Part shown: in pieces, positions 22,558 through 31,982 of the stretch
How positions within the stretch are numbered: position 1 is the first letter of the stretch
Layout of the letters: the number at the start of each line of letters is the position of its first letter
Assembly (NCBI GenBank): GCA_030550025.1
Contig: JAUQQC010000002.1
Coordinates: 326,058 to 390,057, forward strand
DNA length: 64,000 bases
Direction: 5' to 3'
Source of the DNA: Acidobacteriota bacterium
GTDB taxonomy: Bacteria; Acidobacteriota; Blastocatellia; HR10
Translations under genes and position numbers: made by a program
The notes under the pieces: generated by a model
What the model saw: only the letters and a program-made list of their open reading frames with translations
Told to the model about the DNA's origin: nothing
Databases searched by the model: none

Positions 22558-23667
22558 TCACGCGGAACCAACGCCAGCCGGAGCGACCGGGTTATAGAGG
22601 GAATCTCGTTCGACGGGAACGCGCCCGGCTTGTCGGATCAGGTGCTCGATCTCCGCACGGGTCAGGCCCTGTGGCGTTTGTCCCCCCGCCATGTGATAGA
22701 TCTTCTCCTCGACCACCGTCCCATCCAGATCATCGGCGCCAAAGCGCAGGGCGACCTGCGCCAACTTCGGCCCCATCATGATCCAATACGCTTTGATGTG
22801 GTCGAAGTTGTCCAACATGAGGCGCGCGATGGCGATGTTCTTCAGATCGTCCACGCCCGTCGTCCATGGCAGATGGCTCAGCCGCGTGTTCTCCGGATGG
22901 AACGCCAGCGGGATGAACGCCGTGAAACCGCCCGTCTCATCTTGCAGCGCGCGCAGCCGCAGCAGGTGATCCACGCGCTCCTCATAGGTCTCGACGTGTC
23001 CGTAGAGCATCGTCGCCGTGGACTTCAAACCGCATTCGTGGACGGTGCGCGCGACCTCCAGCCAGCGCTCGCCGCTGATCTTATGCGTGCAGATGATATC
23101 GCGCACTCGCCGGGCGAAGATCTCCGCGCCCCCACCGGGGACCGAATCCAATCCCGCCTCTTTCAGGATCTCGATCGTCTCGCGCAAGGATTTCCCTGCC
23201 AATTTCGCCAGATAGTCCAGCTCCACGCAGGTGAAAGCCTTCAGATGCACGTTCGGGAAGTGATATTTCAGCGCGCGCAGCAGGTCCACGTAGTATTGGA
23301 AGGGGAGATACGGGTGCAAGCCGCCGACGATGTGGAACTCGCGCACGGAATCGGTGTATCCGCGCGCGGCCGCCTGGACGACCTCTTCGATGCTCATCGT
23401 CCATCCCCCTTCCTCTCCGACCTTGCGCGCAAAGGCGCAGAGCTGGCAGTCCACGAAGCAGATGTTGGTCGGATTGAGGTGGCGATTGATGATGTAGTAG
23501 GCGACGTTGCCGTTCTTCTTCTCCCTCACGTAGTTGGCAAGGGCGCCGAGCGTCAGCAGGTCGTTCGAGCGATAGAGCGCCACGCCATCCTCGAACGTGA
23601 GGCGCTCGCCGGCGAGGACCTTCTCGGCGATCGGCGCCAGTTCCGAACGCGTGATATATGTCTCCAT
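22558..23667 (-). CDS. mqnE: Aminofutalosine synthase MqnE (radical SAM)
   Basis: CxxxCxxC (CFVDCQLC), PGGGAEIF, TMLYGHVE, HIKAYW, ERDSLY. Confidence 0.93.
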   Translation of the reverse strand: METYITRSELAPIAEKVLAGERLTFEDGVALYRSNDLLTLGALANYVREKKNGNVAYYIINRHLNPTNICFVDCQLCAFARKVGEEGGWTMSIEEVVQAAARGYTDSVREFHIVGGLHPYLPFQYYVDLLRALKYHFPNVHLKAFTCVELDYLAKLAGKSLRETIEILKEAGLDSVPGGGAEIFARRVRDIICTHKISGERWLEVARTVHECGLKSTATMLYGHVETYEERVDHLLRLRALQDETGGFTAFIPLAFHPENTRLSHLPWTTGVDDLKNIAIARLMLDNFDHIKAYWIMMGPKLAQVALRFGADDLDGTVVEEKIYHMAGGQTPQGLTRAEIEHLIRQAGRVPVERDSLYNPVAPAGVGSA

Positions 23668-23696
23668 GTCCTCCCCCTGCCCTGGGTGAGCGGGCA

Positions 23697-24602
23697 TCAT
23701 CGCAAGAGCACCTCCCCTCCCATCGTGAAGAGAAGGATGAGGCTCACGCCGGCGTTCGTAGTGAAGAAGGCTTCATTGACCCGCGAGAGATCGTCGGGAC
23801 GAACGAGTCGGTGTTGTCGGATGAGGAGCAAGAGCGTCGCCACAAGTCCCGCTCCGCCCAACCAGCGCAGTCCGGCTAAGCGGAAGGCCCACACGAGACT
23901 GGCGAAGGCGATCCCGTGAAAGACCCGCGCGATCCGAAGGGCGCGTCGGAGGCCGAATCGCGCCGGCAGCGACCGCAAGCCCGCACGCCGATCGAAGTCC
24001 ACGTCCTGACAGGCGTAGATCACGTCGAAACCGGCCACCCACATCATGACGGCCAGGCTCACCACGAGCGGGAGCCAATTGTCCAAAGCGCCGCGCACGG
24101 CGATCCAAGCTCCCGTCGGCGCGATGGCCAGGCACCAGCCGAGCACCAGATGCGAGTACTCGGTGAACCGCTTCGTGTAAGAGTAAAGCAGGATCGAGGC
24201 GAGCGCCAGCGGGGCCAACATCAGCGTGAGCCGATTCAGCATGGCCGCCGCCAGGAGGAACACGGCTGCCGAGACGACGACGAAAGCGCGGACGTAGCCC
24301 GGACTCACGCGCCCGGCCGGCAGTGCGCGATTCTGCGTTCGCGGATTCTGGCGATCGAATTCGCAATCCACGAGCCGGTTGAAGGCCATCGCGGAACTGC
24401 GCGCGCCCACCATGGCGACCAGAATCCAAAAGAGCGTGCGCCCATCGGGCAGACCATCGGCGGCGAGAATCGCGCCTAAGAGCGCAAACGGGAGGGCGAA
24501 GAGCGTGTGCTCGATCTTAATCATCTCCAGCGTCAGACGCGTGTTTCGCCACAGCGCTCTCGCCGGAGAAGATCGCGCGGATATCTTCGACCTCGCGCTC
24601 AT
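23697..24602 (-). CDS. ubiA: UbiA-family prenyltransferase (MqnP-type)
   Basis: [37 protein letters not shown]. Confidence 0.93.
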   Translation of the reverse strand: MSARSKISARSSPARALWRNTRLTLEMIKIEHTLFALPFALLGAILAADGLPDGRTLFWILVAMVGARSSAMAFNRLVDCEFDRQNPRTQNRALPAGRVSPGYVRAFVVVSAAVFLLAAAMLNRLTLMLAPLALASILLYSYTKRFTEYSHLVLGWCLAIAPTGAWIAVRGALDNWLPLVVSLAVMMWVAGFDVIYACQDVDFDRRAGLRSLPARFGLRRALRIARVFHGIAFASLVWAFRLAGLRWLGGAGLVATLLLLIRQHRLVRPDDLSRVNEAFFTTNAGVSLILLFTMGGEVLLR

Positions 24603-24604
24603 CG

Positions 24605-25228
24605 TCACCCACGCCCTCCTCTCCACATCGTCTCTCGAGAATGTTCGATCCCCAGGTGATCGAGAATGCGATAGACGAAGTGCTTCACTAGATCCTCGAT
24701 CGTACGCGGGCGATGGTAAAAGGCCGGCATGGCCGGCAGAATCACCGCACCGAGCTGCCGCAGCGTCAGCATGTTTTGCAAATGAATGGCATTGAGCGGC
24801 GTCTCGCGCACGACGAGAACGAGGCGCCGCCCTTCTTTCAACGTCACATCAGCGGCGCGATGGATCAAGTTCATCGTCGTCCCCGTAGCGATCGCGCCGA
24901 GCGTCCCGACGCTGCAGGGGACGATGACCATCCCATCCACCGGATAGGAACCACTGGAGATGGGCGCGCCCAGATCGTTCAGTTGAAAACACACGAGCTT
25001 ATGGCGAGAGAAGCCGAGTCGGTCGGCGACCTCGGGGCTGAGCGGAGCAGGTATCTCCACATCCAACTCCTCAGCGAAGACGCGGCGTCCGTTGTCGCTG
25101 ATGAGCAAATTGATCTGCCGAACGCGCGGACTCGCATCCAGCAGCTGCAGCAGCCGCTGCGCGTAGCACGCGCCACTGGCGCCCGTGATGGCGACCGTGA
25201 TGGAGACTCCCTCGCCCATAGCGCCCAT
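24605..25228 (-). CDS. ubiX: Flavin prenyltransferase UbiX
   Basis: [28 protein letters not shown]. Confidence 0.95.
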   Translation of the reverse strand: MGAMGEGVSITVAITGASGACYAQRLLQLLDASPRVRQINLLISDNGRRVFAEELDVEIPAPLSPEVADRLGFSRHKLVCFQLNDLGAPISSGSYPVDGMVIVPCSVGTLGAIATGTTMNLIHRAADVTLKEGRRLVLVVRETPLNAIHLQNMLTLRQLGAVILPAMPAFYHRPRTIEDLVKHFVYRILDHLGIEHSRETMWRGGRG

Positions 25229-25244
25229 CGCGTTTTGGGAGATA

Positions 25245-25274
25245 AGCGTACCGACCTTCGGGAAAGCTTGTCAA
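25245..25274 (-). promoter_or_regulatory. Sigma70 promoter for ubiX-ubiA-mqnE
   Basis: TTGACA-N18-TACGCT. Confidence 0.65.
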
Positions 25275-25317
25275 GAAACTCCTCCATGGCCTCGTCCAGC
25301 AAGGTGGAAGCCCCAGC

Positions 25318-25347
25318 TTGACAGCCCGAAGGGCCTCGATTCATCAT
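25318..25347 (+). promoter_or_regulatory. Putative sigma70 promoter for peptidase-aroB
   Basis: TTGACA-N18-CATCAT (weak -10). Confidence 0.5.
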
Positions 25348-25363
25348 CGTTTGGTAGCGGGAC

Positions 25364-26869
25364 ATGCTCGACGCATATCGGGAGGAGTTGGCTCAATTCC
25401 ACGAGGCACTCGCGCGCGAGGAATACGAGCATTACTCCGGACGAAAGGAGACGCTCGAGCTGGAACCGATCTACGATCGGTACGGACATCTCTTCACGCG
25501 CGAAGCCATCGAGACCTTGCGACGCGAGCGCGAGGCGATCCACGAATCTTTCGAGACCTCGCGTCGCGCGCTCGATCTCTTGATCGCCGAGGCCACCGAA
25601 CGCGCGCTGGAGATGAGCGTCCGCTCCTTGACCGAACAGATCGCGCGCGCGGAGGCGGAAGCGGAGATCCTCTGGGACGAGGCGACGCTCACGTTCTATC
25701 AGGCGAAGCAACGGTTGGCGACTGAGCCGAATCCTCAGCGGCGTCGGGAGCTGCAGGCGCAGTGCACCGAGGTCGTCCGGCGGACGAATGAGCTTCGCCA
25801 GGAGCGTTGGCGCCAGCTCCATCGCGCGGCACGCGGATTCGGATATGCGGACTCTCGAGCGCTTTATCAGGCCGTGCGCGCGCGGGATTTCGAAACGCTC
25901 GGGCGCCAATGGGCACGGTTCCTGGAGGAGACGGATGAGCTGTATCGAGCGCATCTTCAGGACGCGCTGATGAGCGAATTGGGACTCCGCCCGGCGGAGG
26001 CCGACCGTGCGGACATCCCCGCCTTCCTTCGCCTGGAGCGTTACGCGGACGTCTTCCCCCGCGATGGTCTGCGGGCGATCTATGCGGAGGTATGGCAGGG
26101 ACTCAGTATCGAAGCCGATCGGCAGCAGAACATCGAAGTGGATGATGAGGAGCGCCCCCGCAAGCATCCGCGCGCGTTCTGCGTCCCGATTCGAATCCCG
26201 GAGGAGATCAAGCTCGTCATCGCCCCGAACGGCGGCGTGCCAGATTACCAAGCCCTGCTTCATGAGGCTGGACATGCGCAGCACTATGCGTGGACGTCGG
26301 CGGCGCTCCCCCCTGAGTTCAAGTATTCGGGCGATCGTGCCGTGAGCGAGAGCTACGCGTTTCTGTTCGAGTCGTTGCTGCGGGAGCCGCGTTGGCTCGA
26401 CGAGGCGTTGCACTTCTCGGCGAGCGAGCATTTCCTGAGGCTCATGTGGGTGCATCGGCTTTTCCTCCTACGCCGATACGCCGCCAAGTGCGAGTATGAG
26501 CAGCTCCTGTATGCGACCGATGAGCCGGAGGCCGTCGCTTCGGAATACGCCGAACGACTCACGCGCGCGACGGGGTTTCGCCATGGGCCCGAGGAGTTCC
26601 TGAGCGATGTGGACGATGGCTTCTACGCGGCCGATTATTGGCGGGCGTGGGTGGCCGAGGTCTGGTTGCGCGATCACGTGAAGACGAGATTCGGACATCG
26701 GTGGTGGCGGCATCCCCGAGCCGGACGCTTTCTGATCGAGTTGTGGGAGACGGGCGAGCGCTACACGGTCGAGGAGATCATTCGGCAGATCGGCACCGGC
26801 GATCCTTCGATTGATCCTCTCATGGATGAAATGCGCGCGGCGTTGGGACGACGACGGAGGCGAAGATGA
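25364..26869 (+). CDS. M3-like zinc metallopeptidase
   Basis: K.PRAFC, HEAGHAQH and downstream Glu ligand (SESYAFLFE). Confidence 0.78.
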   Translation: MLDAYREELAQFHEALAREEYEHYSGRKETLELEPIYDRYGHLFTREAIETLRREREAIHESFETSRRALDLLIAEATERALEMSVRSLTEQIARAEAEAEILWDEATLTFYQAKQRLATEPNPQRRRELQAQCTEVVRRTNELRQERWRQLHRAARGFGYADSRALYQAVRARDFETLGRQWARFLEETDELYRAHLQDALMSELGLRPAEADRADIPAFLRLERYADVFPRDGLRAIYAEVWQGLSIEADRQQNIEVDDEERPRKHPRAFCVPIRIPEEIKLVIAPNGGVPDYQALLHEAGHAQHYAWTSAALPPEFKYSGDRAVSESYAFLFESLLREPRWLDEALHFSASEHFLRLMWVHRLFLLRRYAAKCEYEQLLYATDEPEAVASEYAERLTRATGFRHGPEEFLSDVDDGFYAADYWRAWVAEVWLRDHVKTRFGHRWWRHPRAGRFLIELWETGERYTVEEIIRQIGTGDPSIDPLMDEMRAALGRRRRRR

Positions 26870-27987
26870 GCGACGAAGAGCGCGTTCGCGTCCCACTCGG
26901 TGAGCGGAGCTACGACGTCCTGATCGGCGAAGGTCTGCTGCAGCGCGCCGGAGCGTTGACGCGGAATGCTCTGGAAGCGGCTGGGCTACGAACCACGCGC
27001 CTGGCCCTCATCTCCAATACGCGCGTATTCGGGCTCTACGGGCGAACGCTCTGTTCCGGTCTTCGGCGGGCTGGCTTCGCCCTCTCCGTCCATCTGATCG
27101 GCGACGGCGAGCGATACAAGACCTTGCGGACTGTCGGGCGGCTGTACAAGGAGCTGGCCGAACAGCGGTTGGATCGGGCGTCGGCGATCGTCGCGCTCGG
27201 CGGAGGGGTCGTCGGCGACATCGCCGGATTCGTGGCCGCCACGTTCTTGCGAGGGATCGCGTACGTGTCGGTCCCGACGACTGTGGTGGCGGCCATTGAT
27301 AGCTCGATCGGCGGCAAAACCGGCGTGAACTTGCCGCAGGGGAAGAATCTCGTCGGTGCGTTCCATCAACCGCGGCTCGTGCTCGTGGACGTCGCGACCC
27401 TGCGCACGCTCCCGCCTCGAGAGGTGGCTGCCGGTTTGTGCGAAGCCCTCAAGTATGGCGTCATTCGCGATGCCGATCTCTTCGACCGAATCCTCGCGTG
27501 CATGGACGCGCTCCGAGGCGGGGAAGCGGCGGCTTGGATCCCCGTGATCCGACGCTGCTGCGAAATCAAAGCCGAAATCGTCCGCTGCGACGAGCGAGAG
27601 GCCGGACTCCGCCGGATCCTCAACTTCGGACACACCTTCGGGCACGCGCTGGAAGCCGTCACCCGCTATCGCCGCTTGAAGCACGGCGAGGCCGTCGGCT
27701 ATGGGATGATCCTGGCCGCACGTCTGGCCGTGCGCCTGGGCTTGCTACCACCGGAAGAGGCCGAACGTCTCCATCGTGCGGTCGCCGCCTGCGGGCGCTT
27801 CCCTTCGATCGCCGATCTCGATCCCGATGCGGTCCTGGCCGCGATGCGCCATGATAAGAAGGCGCGCGCCGGACGCTTGACCTTCGTGCTCCCCACACGC
27901 ATTGGTCACGTGACGGTGCGCGACGATGTCCCCCCTCGAATCGTCCGCGCTCTCCTTCGCGCGAGCTTGTGCGACCTCTTGCCGTGA
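26866..27987 (+). CDS. aroB: 3-dehydroquinate synthase
   Basis: GGGVVGD, DSSIGGKTG, KNLVGAF, LNFGHTFGHALE, HGEAV. Confidence 0.97.
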   Translation: MSDEERVRVPLGERSYDVLIGEGLLQRAGALTRNALEAAGLRTTRLALISNTRVFGLYGRTLCSGLRRAGFALSVHLIGDGERYKTLRTVGRLYKELAEQRLDRASAIVALGGGVVGDIAGFVAATFLRGIAYVSVPTTVVAAIDSSIGGKTGVNLPQGKNLVGAFHQPRLVLVDVATLRTLPPREVAAGLCEALKYGVIRDADLFDRILACMDALRGGEAAAWIPVIRRCCEIKAEIVRCDEREAGLRRILNFGHTFGHALEAVTRYRRLKHGEAVGYGMILAARLAVRLGLLPPEEAERLHRAVAACGRFPSIADLDPDAVLAAMRHDKKARAGRLTFVLPTRIGHVTVRDDVPPRIVRALLRASLCDLLP

Positions 27988-28046
27988 GCTGCGCACACAT
28001 CCCTTGGGGGGAAGTGGCGGGCGAGGCATTCCGTAGAGGCGGAAGG

Positions 28047-28388
28047 CTACCGGAAGCTCTCTACGGCCGCCGCCTCGTCGTCAAAGGCCTCGAAAACGGT
28101 GGCGAGCTTCGTGATCGTCAGGACCTCCCGGACGCGTGGGGGAACATGAAGCAACTTCAGGCGTCCTCCGCGATTCCCCACCGCCGTGTAAGCGCTCACT
28201 AGCTCCCCGATGCCCGAGCTGTCCATGTGCGTGACGCCAGCGAGATTGAGCAGGACGTTGCGCCCCCCTTGCTGAATGACGCGATGCACGGCTTCGCGAA
28301 AGTGAAGCGTTCCCTCACCGATCGTGATCCTCCCCTCGATGTCCAGGATATGCACGTCTCCGAGAGTGCGATGTTCGATGCGGATCAT
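28047..28388 (-). CDS. STAS anti-sigma-factor antagonist (RsbV/SpoIIAA-like)
   Basis: MDSSGIGELV phosphoacceptor motif. Confidence 0.93.
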   Translation of the reverse strand: MIRIEHRTLGDVHILDIEGRITIGEGTLHFREAVHRVIQQGGRNVLLNLAGVTHMDSSGIGELVSAYTAVGNRGGRLKLLHVPPRVREVLTITKLATVFEAFDDEAAAVESFR

Positions 28389-28835
28389 TTACGGACTCCT
28401 CGGACGAATCCGCTTTCGCAAACGGACGGTCGTTCCCCCACCCGGCGACGACCAGATGTCCACTTCGTCCATGAACGCCTTCATGTAAAAGATGCCGCGT
28501 CCGGTCGGCTTCAACAGATTCTCCGGGTCCAGAGGGTTGGGCACTTGAGAGAGGTCGAAGCCGCTCCCCTGATCTCTCACGCAGATGCTGAGGCCGTCGT
28601 GATTGAAGGCATATTGGATCTCGACCCGCTTCTGCCGGTCTTCCTTATTGCCGTGCTTGATGGCATTGATGACGGCTTCGCGCACGGCCATGCTGATCCA
28701 CATGGCGGTCTCTTCGTCGAACCCTGTGAGGCGGGCGAGCGTAGCGGTCACCGTCTCCGCAAGCTCGACGAATTCGAAGCCGCTCGCCACACTCAGGCTG
28801 ATGCTGTAGGTCTCTGGGGCCCGCTCCTCTCTCAT
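28389..28835 (-). CDS. Anti-sigma factor Ser kinase (RsbW-like)
   Basis: EAVINAIKHG, DQGSGFD, GRGIFYM, GTTV; start re-assigned to 28835. Confidence 0.92.
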   Translation of the reverse strand: MREERAPETYSISLSVASGFEFVELAETVTATLARLTGFDEETAMWISMAVREAVINAIKHGNKEDRQKRVEIQYAFNHDGLSICVRDQGSGFDLSQVPNPLDPENLLKPTGRGIFYMKAFMDEVDIWSSPGGGTTVRLRKRIRPRSP

Positions 28836-28974
28836 GGAGCCCCCCATGCGCGCCGGAAGCCACGAGACCGAACGGCATGTTCGGGAGAAGCGTTGTCCGC
28901 GCGCGTGTGTTTTTCGATGGCGGAGCAAAGGCTGTGCATCTTCGGAAGGAGTGGTGTAACATAGCAAGGGCTCT

Positions 28975-30291
28975 ATGTCAAGCTGCGTGCTCGGTAGAGC
29001 GAAACGCCTCGTGGGCGAGCTGCGCGTGCCGGGGGATAAATCGCTTTCGCATCGCGCGGCTTTGTGCGCTGCCCTCAGCGAGGGCGTCTCGCGATTGCAC
29101 CGATTCTCTCCGAGTCTTGATTGCGAGCGCACGCTCGCCTGTTTGCGGGCGCTGGGCGTTCCGATCGAGGTCGCTGACACCGAAGATGGGCTGAGGGTCA
29201 CCATTAGTGGGGTGGGCCTGGAGGGATTTGCGCCGCCTGAGCGCATACTCGATGCGGGGAACTCTGGCTCCACCATCCGCATGCTCGCCGGGATCTTGGC
29301 CGGACAGCCTTTCGAAAGCACGATCACCGGCGATGCGTCGTTGCAGCGTCGGCCCATGGATCGGATCGTGCATCCACTCCGGCTGATGGGCGCCTCGGTG
29401 CGCGCGCGAGAGGAGCGCTATGCGCCTCTGACGATTCGCGGGGGGAGATTGCGCCCGATTCGGTATCGGCTGCCGGTGGCGAGCGCGCAGGTCAAGTCGT
29501 GCGTGTTGCTAGCCGGACTTTTCGCGTCGGGGACGACGATTGTCGAGGAGCTCGTGCCGACGCGAAATCATACGGAGATCATGCTCGCCGAATTCGGCGC
29601 CGAGGTGAGCGTCGTCGGTGGGAGTATTGCCGTTTCCGGACGGCCTCGGCTGCGCGCGCGGGAATATCGCATCGCCGGCGATATCTCTTCAGCGGCCTTC
29701 TTCATCGCGGGCGCGCTCGCGCTGCCGGGCTCGCACATACTGGTTCGCGATGTCTTGCTCAATCCGACGCGCACGGGTTTCCTCGAAGTGCTTCAGCTGT
29801 GGGGAGCGCGCATCGAGATCGAAAATGTGCGGCGGTGGCATGGCGAACGGGTGGGGGATGTGCGCGTCGCCTCTTCTCCTTACGGAGAGCGCGGGCGTGC
29901 GGAGCCGCTCGTCCTCAGCGGAGCGCTCATCCCGAGGGTGATCGATGAGATTCCCTTGCTCGCGGTTCTCGCGACGCAAATGCCGGGGGGGATGCTCGTG
30001 CGCGATGCCGCCGAGCTGCGCGTCAAGGAGAGCGATCGCATTCGCGTGACCGTGGAGAATCTGCGGCGCATGGGCGCCCGTGTGACCGAATACGAAGATG
30101 GATTTGCCGTCGCCGGGCCTCAATCCCTGCGGGGGGCGGAGATCGAGCCCGAGGGCGATCATCGCCTCGCGATGGCATTCGCGATCGCTGCGCTTTTGGC
30201 CGAGGGGGAGACGATCATTCGAGAACCCGAAGTCGTGGCCGTCTCCTTCCCTAGGTTCTTTCGCTTGCTGGAGCAGGTCGTCGAGCGATGA
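28975..30291 (+). CDS. aroA: EPSP synthase
   Basis: PGDKSLSHR, GNSGST, SAQVKS, LRVKESDR, DHR. Confidence 0.97.
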   Translation: MSSCVLGRAKRLVGELRVPGDKSLSHRAALCAALSEGVSRLHRFSPSLDCERTLACLRALGVPIEVADTEDGLRVTISGVGLEGFAPPERILDAGNSGSTIRMLAGILAGQPFESTITGDASLQRRPMDRIVHPLRLMGASVRAREERYAPLTIRGGRLRPIRYRLPVASAQVKSCVLLAGLFASGTTIVEELVPTRNHTEIMLAEFGAEVSVVGGSIAVSGRPRLRAREYRIAGDISSAAFFIAGALALPGSHILVRDVLLNPTRTGFLEVLQLWGARIEIENVRRWHGERVGDVRVASSPYGERGRAEPLVLSGALIPRVIDEIPLLAVLATQMPGGMLVRDAAELRVKESDRIRVTVENLRRMGARVTEYEDGFAVAGPQSLRGAEIEPEGDHRLAMAFAIAALLAEGETIIREPEVVAVSFPRFFRLLEQVVER

Positions 30292-30875
30292 CACGCCTTT
30301 TCCTGGTCGGCTTCATGGGATCGGGGAAGACGACGGTCGGGCGCCTTTTGGCCGAGAAGCTCGGATATGCCTTCCTGGACCTCGATGAGTTGATTCAGCA
30401 GCAGGCGGGCCTCTCGATCCCTGAGATCTTCGCGCGAATGGGCGAGGGGGCTTTTCGGGAGATGGAGAGTCGCGCCTTGCGCGCACTCGAGGCCTGGGAG
30501 GATGTCGTTGTGGCGCTCGGCGGCGGAGCCTTCGTGAGCGAGGAGAATCGCCGCGAGGTGAGACGATTGGGCGTCTCGGTCTGGCTTGACTGTCCACTGG
30601 AGGTCATTCTCAAGCGCTTGGGAGAGACGACGGATCGCCCCCTCTATCGCTCTCCCGAGCAGATGCGCGCGTTGCTCGGGGCGCGTCTCTCGGCCTATCA
30701 ACAGGCCGACTTGCGCGTGGAGGCCGGAGAGGTGACGCCGGAGAGCGTAGCCGACGAGATCATTCGTCGCTTGAATCTGCGGCCGAAGCAGTCGTCAGCG
30801 CGTATGCGCGAAGACCTCTTTCACGACGCGCGTGAGGGGGTCGGCCGTGGCATGTCGGAAAGTACCTCCTCGTAG
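30288..30875 (+). CDS. aroK: Shikimate kinase
   Basis: GFMGSGKTT, DLD, FREME, GGG, RPL. Confidence 0.95.
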   Translation: MTRLFLVGFMGSGKTTVGRLLAEKLGYAFLDLDELIQQQAGLSIPEIFARMGEGAFREMESRALRALEAWEDVVVALGGGAFVSEENRREVRRLGVSVWLDCPLEVILKRLGETTDRPLYRSPEQMRALLGARLSAYQQADLRVEAGEVTPESVADEIIRRLNLRPKQSSARMREDLFHDAREGVGRGMSESTSS

Positions 30876-31957
30876 AGCGCCAGGACTGCGCGCGCCATCC
30901 TCTGGCGCGTGAAGTGCTCGCCGACATATCGGCGCGCGGTTTCCCCAAGCCGTTGGCGAAGCGCGGCATCTTCGAGCAAGCGGTTCATGGCGTCCGCTAA
31001 GGCGTGGGCGTTGGCCGGAGGGACGAGAAGGCCGGTCACCTCGTGCCGATTCACCCATGCGAGGCCAGTCGGCAGTGCCGTGCTGATGACCGGTTTCCCG
31101 GCGGCCATCGCTTCAAGCTGGACGATTCCGAAAGTCTCGCTCTCGTGCGTGGAGGGAAGGACCAGGAGGTCGCACGCGTGGTAATAGGCTGGAAGGCACT
31201 CATGCGCGACCTCCCCGAGGAAGGCGATCCGCTCTTCGAGCCCCAACGCACGGACGCGCCGTCGCAAGGCGCGTTGGCGCGGCCCGCGCCCGATGATGAG
31301 GAGTCGCGCCGAGACGCCCGACATCGCTTCGATCAAATGCTCTACGCCTTTGTAGTACACGAGCCGGCCGACGAAAAGGATCAGGCGAGGCCCAAACTCG
31401 GCGCGAATCGCCGCGGCGCGCTCCCGCATAGCCTTATCCGGATGGAAGCGCGCCACATCGATGCCGAAGGGGATGACCACGCACTTCTCCCGATAGGGGA
31501 GAAGCGTCGGGAAGTCGAGATGTCGAGGGGTGGCGACGATGATCCGATCGGCGTGCTGCAGAAGCCGCATGAGGAACGGCCGATAAACCCACCGCAACAC
31601 GCGCTGTCGCACGATCTCGCTGTGGAAGGAGACGATCACGCGCGCTCGTGGGTTCGCCGCCAGTGCGGCGAGCGTGGCCATCGGATTCGGCTCGTGGACA
31701 TGGATGATGTCGGCCCGATGCTCGGCCACACGATGGGGGAGCGAAGGGCAGAGCGGCGCAGAGGCGATCTGCCCCCATCGCGCCACGCGCGTCACCCGAA
31801 CGCCGTTGATCCACTCGGTCACCGTCCGCGGTCGGGTATTGGCGACGAGGACATGAAGATCTACGTGCGCGCTCAACTCTTCGCACAGATGCTGCAAGAC
31901 CGCTTCCATGCCACCCGGTACGGGAAAGTAGAATTTTCCAATGTGCAGGACCTTCAC
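30821..31957 (-). CDS. GT4-family glycosyltransferase
   Basis: GGME, HEPNP, GRLVYYKG, ETFGIVQLEAM. Confidence 0.93.
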   Translation of the reverse strand: MKVLHIGKFYFPVPGGMEAVLQHLCEELSAHVDLHVLVANTRPRTVTEWINGVRVTRVARWGQIASAPLCPSLPHRVAEHRADIIHVHEPNPMATLAALAANPRARVIVSFHSEIVRQRVLRWVYRPFLMRLLQHADRIIVATPRHLDFPTLLPYREKCVVIPFGIDVARFHPDKAMRERAAAIRAEFGPRLILFVGRLVYYKGVEHLIEAMSGVSARLLIIGRGPRQRALRRRVRALGLEERIAFLGEVAHECLPAYYHACDLLVLPSTHESETFGIVQLEAMAAGKPVISTALPTGLAWVNRHEVTGLLVPPANAHALADAMNRLLEDAALRQRLGETARRYVGEHFTRQRMARAVLALYEEVLSDMPRPTPSRAS

Positions 31958-31982
31958 CGTCGTGAGCGGGAACGCACATAGC

